A stretch of DNA of 17,384 bases from a bacterium (lineage in GTDB: Bacteria; Zhuqueibacterota; Zhuqueibacteria; Oceanimicrobiales; Oceanimicrobiaceae): positions 1-17,384 of the forward strand of contig JBHIAC010000061.1 in NCBI GenBank assembly GCA_046758365.1. The letters run 5' to 3'. Positions 1 through 6,663 of this stretch are shown here, piece after piece; the first letter of the stretch is position 1; every line of letters begins with the position of its first letter. The translations under genes and the position numbers were made by a program. The notes beneath the pieces are model-generated. The model made no database searches. It was given only the letters and a program-made list of their open reading frames with translations, and was not told the DNA's origin.

Positions 1-2
1 TT

Positions 3-731
3 GGCCGCCGAGATGGCTTCATCGATTCCGGTGGTTTGACCAACGCGTATTATTCCCAAGCCCTTAAGAAAGGTGTAAAAATGCTATCAAATACCAAGGC
101 TACGGGACTTATGCGTTCAAAGAAAAGAATCACCGGTGTAGTAACCGATCGCGGAAAAATTAAGGCGGACCTGATTATAAACGCTGCCGGGCCGTTTGCC
201 GCAGAAGTCGCGAGATGGGCTGGAGTAGATTTGCCGGTTCAGCCTTACCGAAGAAACATCGCAATGACTGGTCCCACACCAGGTTGGCCAACTCAGATTC
301 CTATGACTATTGACCTAGATACAGGATTAGTAATTCGTCGAGAGGGCGAGGGCCTTTCTTTAGCCGCAGTCAATCCTGACGACCCTCCGGGCTTTATGAT
401 GCAGTTTGATCCTAAGTTTGTTGAGTTCATCGCCCCGAAAATTCAAAAAAGGTTTCCAAAATTAGAAGACGTAGGGATTAATTTCTCAAAGTGCTGGGCA
501 GGTCTTTACCCCGAAACTCCCGACCATCATGCTATCCTTGGAGAATCTGGGATGTCTGGATTCTTACTGGCTACAGGCTTAGGTGGTCACGGAATCATGC
601 ACGCTCCGGCAGTAGGATGGGTAATGAGTGAACTCGTTACTACAGGGAAGGTGGAGAGTTTAGATATTTCTGCTTTTGATTTAGAGCGGTTTAAGATGGG
701 TGATTTTAAGACTGAAAAAACCGTTTTATGA
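3..731 (+). CDS. FAD-dependent oxidoreductase, DAO / sarcosine oxidase beta / glycine oxidase family (C-terminal part, 5'-truncated by window edge)
   Basis: The frame is open from position 3 (GRRDGFIDSGGLTNAY...), so the ORF-track TTG at 36 is not the real start. Family motifs are DGFID, IINAAGPFA, WAGLYPETPDHHAILG and LATGLGGHGIMHAPAVG. The N-terminal GxGxxG motif lies outside the window. Confidence 0.88.
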   Translation, partial: GRRDGFIDSGGLTNAYYSQALKKGVKMLSNTKATGLMRSKKRITGVVTDRGKIKADLIINAAGPFAAEVARWAGVDLPVQPYRRNIAMTGPTPGWPTQIPMTIDLDTGLVIRREGEGLSLAAVNPDDPPGFMMQFDPKFVEFIAPKIQKRFPKLEDVGINFSKCWAGLYPETPDHHAILGESGMSGFLLATGLGGHGIMHAPAVGWVMSELVTTGKVESLDISAFDLERFKMGDFKTEKTVL

Positions 732-807
732 ACAGTCCATAATTGATTATAATTACCAATTACATGAATTATAAGTAACAATAGCACATATAATTTAGAA
801 TTTTCTA

Positions 808-836
808 TTGTTAATTTTAGCGATTTATCTTATATT
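808..836 (+). promoter_or_regulatory. Putative sigma70-type promoter for the aspartic protease gene
   Basis: TTGTTA (808-813) - 17 nt - TATATT (831-836), 35 nt upstream of ATG 872. The AT-rich background lowers specificity. Confidence 0.4.
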
Positions 837-871
837 TAATGAGTTGAAATAATTAATTGGAGACATTTTAA

Positions 872-1291
872 ATGGGTGAAGTTAAACATAAAATTGAACT
901 CGAAAATTATGTGGATAGATTTCTGGCAGATGAGGGAAAAATTGATAACGGCGCGGTTCGCAAAGTTACAGTTAACGCTTTAGTGGACACCGGTGCTACT
1001 ATGTTAGTTGTCCCACAAGAAGTGGTGGAGCGACTAGGTTTAAGAGTTTCAAGAAAAGTTATTGTCACATACGCAGACGCTAGAAAGGATGAACGAGATG
1101 TAACAGGAGGGGTTATAATCAAAATCGGTGAAAGGCACTCTAATGTAGAATGTATAGTTGGTCCACCAAACAGTGAAGTTTTAATCGGACAAGTAGTATT
1201 AGAAGTACTAGATTTGATTGTAGATCCTAAAGATCAGAAGCTTACTCCTCGCCCAGAATCGCCATTTTTGCCGTTGTTGAATTTGAAATAA
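872..1291 (+). CDS. Retropepsin-like (clan AA) single-domain aspartic protease, AF_0612-like
   Basis: 139 aa. Catalytic ALVDTGAT (DTG at 986-994) and C-terminal VLIGQVVLEVLDL psi-loop motif. SD GGAGA at 859-863. No signal peptide. Confidence 0.88.
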   Translation: MGEVKHKIELENYVDRFLADEGKIDNGAVRKVTVNALVDTGATMLVVPQEVVERLGLRVSRKVIVTYADARKDERDVTGGVIIKIGERHSNVECIVGPPNSEVLIGQVVLEVLDLIVDPKDQKLTPRPESPFLPLLNLK

Positions 1292-1440
1292 TTACACAGA
1301 GTGGCAGGATTCTTACTGTGATGAAGTCTTGAAAATCGGACGTTAAGAGGGATTAGCCAAGCGAGAATGGAATTGTCATGTTCCAAAGTTCCATCACTCC
1401 CCTTTAATTAATTTGTCAAACCACAAACTGAGGTAACATA

Positions 1441-2865
1441 ATGAGATTCTTAATAAAGATACTACTGGTTTTCCAAGTTACAAATTTTGTTTATGCCCAA
1501 AACAATCTGCAATTCATTCGATTTTTCGAAAACAAAACTCTCCGTGTAGACTACTTCCACACTGGAACAGCCACACAGGAATTTGTGAGTTTGGACAAGG
1601 CTTACGAAGAGGGTGTTTGGGCTGGTAGTCAAGTGAATTTAATTGACACCTTGAATTTGGGGAAATATTTGGTCAAAGTTTTTGACACGGCTACCAACCA
1701 GCTCATCTATTCCCGAGGCTTCTCCAGTATATATGGTGAATGGGAAACCACCGAGGAAGCTAAAAACGAAGTATTTCGAACATTTCATGAATCTGTAATG
1801 CTTCCCTTTCCCAAAAAGCCCGTACAGGTAGTTTTGGCTAAACGAGATAAGTGGATGCATTTTCAAGACATCTTTTCTGCAGTTATCAAGCCTAACTCTC
1901 GCTTTGTAAATCGGGAAAAACGTGGGCAAAAATACCATGTGACCACTCTGCTTGAAAATGGTCCGCCTCACAAAAAAGTAGATTTTCTACTATTGGGAGA
2001 TGGTTACACTAAAGATGAATTGGACAAATTCCGAAAAGATGCGGAACGGTGGAAAAAACTCATTTTGAGCACCGCACCGTTTAAAGATCATGCTAAGGAT
2101 TTGAACATCCGTGCTATCGACGTGATATCTCAAGATTCAGGAATCGATGAACCAAGAAAAAACATCTGGAAAAGTACCGCACTGGGGACTTCATACAATT
2201 CTCTGGATTCACCCCGCTATATTTTAAGTTTAGACAATCGGGCCATGCGCAATATTGCAGCGGCGGTTCCGTATGATTTCATTTACATTTTGGTGAATAG
2301 CAAACGCTACGGTGGCGGCGGTATTTACAATCTTTTTGCCACAGGGATGACCGGAGTGGAAAATCCCGATTTAGACTGGCACATCGATTATATGTTTACC
2401 CATGAATTTGGGCACTCCTTTGGGGGATTGGCAGACGAATATTACAGCAGTTCTGTCTCTTACTTGGATTTTTATCCCACTGGGGTAGAACCGTGGGAAC
2501 CCAATGTAACAGCATTGCAGGATACAGACAATTTAAAATGGAAATCATTCGTCAATGAAGGTACCCCTCTTCCAACACCATGGCCAAAAGCGGAGTATGA
2601 CAACTTAGAGGCTGTGCGACGAGGCTGGGACAGAAGTAAACCTGGCTATTACGAAAAATGGACGAAAATTATCAATCAGCAAAAGGATTTAATGAAAGCC
2701 TCCAAATACGTTGGCAAAGTGGGTGCTTTTGAAGGTGCGGGATATAGTACCAAAGGGTTGTTCCGTCCTTTCATGGATTGCAGGATGTTTTCTCTTGGGT
2801 TGATCCCGTTTGATCCGGTTTGTCGAGCAGCTATCGAAAGAGTCATTAATTTTTATTCTGAGTAG
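1441..2865 (+). CDS. Secreted peptidase family M64 (IgA peptidase-like) zinc metallopeptidase with N-terminal M64-associated domain
   Basis: Sec signal peptide (MRFLIKILLVFQVTNFVYA/Q). Motifs are KTLRVDY, LLGDGYT, YGGGGIYN, the zinc motif HEFGHSFGGLADEY (HEFGH at 2401-2415), EPWEPNVT, GAFEGAGY and DCRM. SD GAGG at 1430-1433. Confidence 0.9.
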   Translation: MRFLIKILLVFQVTNFVYAQNNLQFIRFFENKTLRVDYFHTGTATQEFVSLDKAYEEGVWAGSQVNLIDTLNLGKYLVKVFDTATNQLIYSRGFSSIYGEWETTEEAKNEVFRTFHESVMLPFPKKPVQVVLAKRDKWMHFQDIFSAVIKPNSRFVNREKRGQKYHVTTLLENGPPHKKVDFLLLGDGYTKDELDKFRKDAERWKKLILSTAPFKDHAKDLNIRAIDVISQDSGIDEPRKNIWKSTALGTSYNSLDSPRYILSLDNRAMRNIAAAVPYDFIYILVNSKRYGGGGIYNLFATGMTGVENPDLDWHIDYMFTHEFGHSFGGLADEYYSSSVSYLDFYPTGVEPWEPNVTALQDTDNLKWKSFVNEGTPLPTPWPKAEYDNLEAVRRGWDRSKPGYYEKWTKIINQQKDLMKASKYVGKVGAFEGAGYSTKGLFRPFMDCRMFSLGLIPFDPVCRAAIERVINFYSE

Positions 2866-3000
2866 GCTCACGATTTGAGCGGCGAATGAGATTATGAGAA
2901 CTTAACCCGCTGTTTAATTGGAGAAGTCTACCTACCTTGTGCTTTAAAGCGTAAATATCCAACGTCAAATCGAGAATGGGTTTGACAATATCTATTTAAT

Positions 3001-4140
3001 CTATTTCGATAAATTGGTTTTCAACTCTTCCGATTTTAACAATGCTTGCTCACCCTTCTCTTTTTCACCAGAATTTATATAAGCTACGCCAAGATTGCGC
3101 CAAAGGTTGGGATGGTTAGGCTGCATTTCTAAAGCTCTTTCCAGATAAGGAATGGCTTTTTTGTAATTTAAAATTGCACTATTTTTAATTTGTAGGATTT
3201 CTTCGGGTGAGTAATTATTATTAAAGTTAATCTTACTTAATTTCTGCCTTTCGTTTTCTGCAATACTCAAGTATATATTTCCAATATTCAAAGTTGCCTC
3301 AAAATCATCGGGGTTCAGTTCTAAAACCTGTTCAAAAAGTTGAATAGCTTGTTTGTAATTTTTTAATTTGTAGTGGTGAACTCCAAATAAGAAGATTAAA
3401 TCTTTATCCAGTGGGTTAGCTTCCACCGCGCGTTGGAATGCTTCGGTGGCCTCTTTAGTGTTACCTAAGACATCATAAGAAAGTGCTAACTTAGCGAGTG
3501 CGTCATTGTGGTTGGGCTTAATTTCGAGAGCTTTTTTTAAAATATCCACGACCTGTTCAAATTTTTGCTGACGATAGTACAAATTTCCTATAGAAAGCAA
3601 CAAATCTAAATCGTCTGGACTTTTCTCCAATAAATTTTTATAAATGGCCAGCGCTTTTCCGAGTACGTTTGTTTTTTGATAAATAAAGGCTAATTTCTTG
3701 TGGGATTCGTATTTCATTGGGTTAATAATTATAGCGGTTTTAAATAAGGCTTCTGCTCTTTGAAAGTCTTCGTTATCAACAGCTTTTATACCTGCGTCAT
3801 ATTTTTCAATCCAGTGCCGTTTGCGCTCCGCCGTAATTTCCTGTTCAAATTTATTAGAAATTTCTAATGACAAATTAAATTCGTTATTCATATCTTTGTA
3901 GCGGCTTTTTTTACCATAAGCTTGGCCTAATAAAAAATGAGCCTCTGCATTATTAGGATAAGCCTCAATGGCCTTCTCTAATTGTTCTATGGCTTTGTCC
4001 CAATTATAATTTTGAATATACATTTTAGCCGAAGTAACTTCTTTGGGTTGACAACCGACTAAATTGAGAATGATAGGTATCCACAATAACCAATACAAAA
4101 TCTTTGAATAATTAATTGAATAAATAGGCCTTGAAATCAT
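3001..4140 (-). CDS. Tetratricopeptide-repeat (TPR) lipoprotein
   Basis: Hydrophobic N-terminus ends in lipobox LVG/C (residues 27-30). Multiple 34-aa TPR-like units, e.g. AEAHFLLGQAY, LLLSIGNLYY...ALEIKPN, ALAKLALSY...AVEANP and LWRNLGVAY. Confidence 0.88.
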   Translation of the reverse strand: MISRPIYSINYSKILYWLLWIPIILNLVGCQPKEVTSAKMYIQNYNWDKAIEQLEKAIEAYPNNAEAHFLLGQAYGKKSRYKDMNNEFNLSLEISNKFEQEITAERKRHWIEKYDAGIKAVDNEDFQRAEALFKTAIIINPMKYESHKKLAFIYQKTNVLGKALAIYKNLLEKSPDDLDLLLSIGNLYYRQQKFEQVVDILKKALEIKPNHNDALAKLALSYDVLGNTKEATEAFQRAVEANPLDKDLIFLFGVHHYKLKNYKQAIQLFEQVLELNPDDFEATLNIGNIYLSIAENERQKLSKINFNNNYSPEEILQIKNSAILNYKKAIPYLERALEMQPNHPNLWRNLGVAYINSGEKEKGEQALLKSEELKTNLSK

Positions 4141-4148
4141 TTTAATAA

Positions 4149-5195
4149 TTATCCTTTTTGTTTTGTGAATTTTGCTAAATTTTGATCATAAGGAGGTTCA
4201 ATTATTCCCTCTTCTGTAATAAAGGCTGTAATTAATTCATGAGGCGTGATGTCAAAAGCAGGACTGTAAACTTTCGTACCTTCAGGGGCTGTTCTATGGC
4301 CAAACCCTTCGGTTACCTCTTCTGATGCTCTTTCTTCAATAGGGATTTCAGAACCTTTTTTGATATTAAAATCTATCGTTGAAAATGGGGCCGCAACAAA
4401 AAAAGGAATCCCGTGTTTTTCGGCTAACACCGCAACATTGTAGGTTCCTATTTTATTAGCTGTATCGCCGTTACATGCAATTCGATCAGCGCCTACAATC
4501 ACACAGTTGATTTTATTTTGCTGCATAACAAAAGCGGCCGTGTTGTCGCAAATTAAAGTAACATCGATTCCTTCGTTCATAAGTTCCCATACATTCAAGC
4601 GAGCCCCTTGAAGCAGCGGACGGGTTTCATCAGCAAAAACGCTTACTTTTTTCCCTTCTTCATGGGCAGTAAAAACCACTCCTAATGCTGTTCCATAATC
4701 CGCGGTAGCAAGAGCCCCAGTATTACAGTGGGTTAAAATCGTGTATCCATCTTTAATGAGCTTTGCCCCGTGCTTTCCTATTCTGCGGCAAATTTCTCGG
4801 TCCTCTTCCCAAATGGCCAAAGCCTCTTTAAGCAGTCGCTCTTTAATTTCAGACAGCGATTTATTTTGCACTTCTTCTGCTACTTTTTTCATCCGTTTGA
4901 TGGCCCAGGATAAATTAACGGCCGTGGGTCGGGTAGCGTTTAGATAATCCGCCGTTTGATTAAGCTTATTAAAGAACTCAGCCTTATCATCCCCTTGAAA
5001 ATTTTGTAGTCCTAGAATCATGCCAAAAGCGCCAGCAATGCCAATAGCAGGGGCCCCGCGAATCCTAAGAGATTTGATGGCTTCTCCCAATATCTTTACA
5101 TCATCAATTTCCAAATAGACTAGTGCTTGAGGCAGTTTTGTTTGGTCTATCATTCGAACTTTTCCATTGACCCATGCTATTGTGGTGACTGGCAT
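4149..5195 (-). CDS. mtnA: S-methyl-5-thioribose-1-phosphate isomerase
   Basis: Motifs DQTKLP, LRIRGAPAIG, TRPTAVNL, HCNTGALAT (catalytic Cys), DETRPLLQGARL, GADRI (catalytic Asp), NKIGTY and PAFDITP. Strong SD AGGAGGGG upstream of the ATG. Confidence 0.95.
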   Translation of the reverse strand: MPVTTIAWVNGKVRMIDQTKLPQALVYLEIDDVKILGEAIKSLRIRGAPAIGIAGAFGMILGLQNFQGDDKAEFFNKLNQTADYLNATRPTAVNLSWAIKRMKKVAEEVQNKSLSEIKERLLKEALAIWEEDREICRRIGKHGAKLIKDGYTILTHCNTGALATADYGTALGVVFTAHEEGKKVSVFADETRPLLQGARLNVWELMNEGIDVTLICDNTAAFVMQQNKINCVIVGADRIACNGDTANKIGTYNVAVLAEKHGIPFFVAAPFSTIDFNIKKGSEIPIEERASEEVTEGFGHRTAPEGTKVYSPAFDITPHELITAFITEEGIIEPPYDQNLAKFTKQKG

Positions 5196-5268
5196 AGACC
5201 CCTCCTATTGAATGCTTTTTAATTTCTAGGCTTCACAAAATATAAATAACAATGCTTACTAAATACAA

Positions 5269-5470
5269 TGTCAAAGAATAAATCCGAATATCTAATATCT
5301 AAATTCGAAACAAAATTCAAAATTTACCCCGTTAAATATCATCTTTCAACCACTTACATTAAACATAGAAATTATTTCATAAAGATAGCATTTTAAAATT
5401 CAAAAATTATTCCACGGAGTAAATTTAGTGCCGAGTTTAGAATTTCGTATTTGTTTTCTTCGCAATGACA
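5269..5470. repeat. Nested palindromic intergenic element: inverted 7-bp tandem arrays enclosing a 19-bp inverted-repeat (MITE-like) core
   Basis: Left array is AAATCCG AATATCT AATATCT AAATTCG (5280-5307). Right array on the minus strand is AAATACG AAATTCT AAACTCG (5452-5432). Inner arms 5320-5338 and 5408-5426 match 16/19 as inverted repeats. Outer ends are TGTCA (5269-5273) and TGACA (5466-5470). Confidence 0.7.
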
Positions 5471-5526
5471 ACACAGAGAATTTAGCTGAGTGGAGGGTAT
5501 AATCATTTATCCAAAGAAAGAGAAGA

Positions 5527-6063
5527 CTATCGAATGGCTTCGTACAATTTCAGATTTCTGTAATCCTTTCCGATAATCACAGAAACATTTAATTGTAAAG
5601 AATCATCTAGTTGAGGTACAACCTGTTTTTGGTCTATCCCAAGCACTTTAGCTACTTTTTTTGCATTAATTCCATTAAGAGAAACTCGATCTATAATCAA
5701 AGTATGGTCTAAATCAAAATTTTTATAATTTCCAATGTTAACCACATCAAAATTATTATTCCGCAGGTATTGGGATATTTCATTTGCCAAACCTTGAACT
5801 CCACAGGCATTCAAAACTTCGACTGTTATGATTTGATTTTCCGGTTCATAAGGGGCGTTCATAGAAACGGAATTTTCATTTGGAGAGGCGAAATGCTCGG
5901 ATATGAAGGAAGCAATCAGAGCGAGGTTAATTAAACATAGGCCCCAGATTGCGGCTGTTAAAATACGTTCTTTAAGACTCTTGTTTTTAGAAGATCTGTA
6001 AACACGTCTAGGTTTTACTTTCTGCCAGTTGTTTTGACGCGGTTTGCGTCGTCGTTTTACCAT
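5527..6063 (-). CDS. Membrane-anchored LytR C-terminal domain (LytR_C) protein
   Basis: Very basic N-terminus and one TM helix (ILTAAIWGLCLINLALIASFI). LytR_C motifs follow: VEVLNACGVQGLA, LRNNNFDVVNIGN and VSVIIGKDY. SD GAGGAGG at 6073-6067. No LCP catalytic domain. Confidence 0.85.
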   Translation of the reverse strand: MVKRRRKPRQNNWQKVKPRRVYRSSKNKSLKERILTAAIWGLCLINLALIASFISEHFASPNENSVSMNAPYEPENQIITVEVLNACGVQGLANEISQYLRNNNFDVVNIGNYKNFDLDHTLIIDRVSLNGINAKKVAKVLGIDQKQVVPQLDDSLQLNVSVIIGKDYRNLKLYEAIR

Positions 6064-6073
6064 CTACCTCCTC

Positions 6074-6104
6074 AAAAAATAACCGAGTCGAGAGCAGCTC
6101 GGCC
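6074..6104 (-). terminator. Intrinsic terminator-like hairpin plus U-tract between the hypothetical gene and the LytR_C gene
   Basis: Minus strand reads GGCCGAG-ctgctctcga-CTCGGTT followed by ATTTTTT. The stem is 7 bp including two G-U pairs and lies 36 nt downstream of the stop at 6141. Confidence 0.55.
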
Positions 6105-6113
6105 ATTAAATTA

Positions 6114-6125
6114 ATACTGTGATAT
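6114..6125. repeat. 12-bp direct repeat ATACTGTGATAT, copy 1
   Basis: Identical to 6664-6675. The two copies flank CDS 6141-6647. Confidence 0.6.
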
Positions 6126-6140
6126 TTTCTGTTGTTCCTT

Positions 6141-6647
6141 TTAATTTTCGTCTTCTTCTTTTTCCCTCCAACTTCTGTTATGATAAAATCGATTATGATA
6201 ATAGGGGGAGTAAATTGTACTCGGCGTTTGACTATATTCGAATTGTAATTTGAAACTATCTGAGGGTTTAAACTCAAAACCAGCTCCTGATAAAAACAGT
6301 TTATTATTAAAAGGACTTTTTTGCCCATACCCACCAAAAGGCTGGTTGAGGAAACCAATCTGCAAATACATTGTAATTGGATTGGAGAGTTGGTATTTCA
6401 TGGTATTCAAATAAAGACCTTGACTAAAGCTCCGACCCCCGAAAGAAGTGAAAGATAATGAATAACTATGACTCATTGTAAACCTGTTGGGATCCAATCC
6501 GATGAGACTAACTATGGTTTGCAGTTTAGTTGGTTTGGTTAAAGCTTGAGCCATATCTAACTTTTCTTCTTTTTTAATCTGCCCAAAAACAAAGACGGGA
6601 AATAGTAAAAGGCACAAAATAGAGATGATTAACTTTTTGTAAGACAT
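6141..6647 (-). CDS. Secreted hypothetical protein, beta-strand rich
   Basis: 168 aa with SD GAGAGG. Classic signal peptide (MSYKKLIISILCLLLFPVFVFG/Q). Several alternating polar/aromatic strands. It fits the gene spacing of the minus-strand block. Confidence 0.8.
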   Translation of the reverse strand: MSYKKLIISILCLLLFPVFVFGQIKKEEKLDMAQALTKPTKLQTIVSLIGLDPNRFTMSHSYSLSFTSFGGRSFSQGLYLNTMKYQLSNPITMYLQIGFLNQPFGGYGQKSPFNNKLFLSGAGFEFKPSDSFKLQFEYSQTPSTIYSPYYHNRFYHNRSWREKEEDEN

Positions 6648-6663
6648 TTTATTAAACCTCTCG

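Noticed and set aside
36..731. ORF-track start at TTG 36
   Set aside because: The frame stays open to the window edge with a family-typical DGFID motif upstream, and the FAD-binding N-terminus is missing. The gene is truncated by the window, not short or pseudogenised.
1316..1345. Hammerhead-ribozyme-like string (TGATGA-a-GTCT...GGAC-GTTA)
   Set aside because: The core needs CUGANGA and GAAA. Here it reads GTGATGA and GTTA with an extra base before stem II, and I find no matching stems I/III.
5280..5452. Heptamer arrays or the spacer as a CRISPR array
   Set aside because: There are no 23-47-bp direct repeats with unique spacers and no cas genes in the window.
5471..5526. Possible SAM riboswitch upstream of mtnA (GGAGGG and TTATCCAAAGA fragments)
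   Set aside because: The fragments are on the wrong strand for mtnA and in the wrong order, and there is no P1-P4 architecture.
6118..6133. CRP/FNR site from the TGTGA half-site in the repeated motif
   Set aside because: None of the four TGTGA occurrences (1317, 6118, 6668, 9326) has TCACA six bases downstream.
6008..6358. 116-aa minus-strand ORF bridging the hypothetical and LytR_C genes
   Set aside because: It overlaps two well-supported same-strand genes out of frame, has no SD or recognisable motif, and crosses the terminator-like hairpin. Both neighbours have their own starts and stops, so there is no need to invoke a frameshift.
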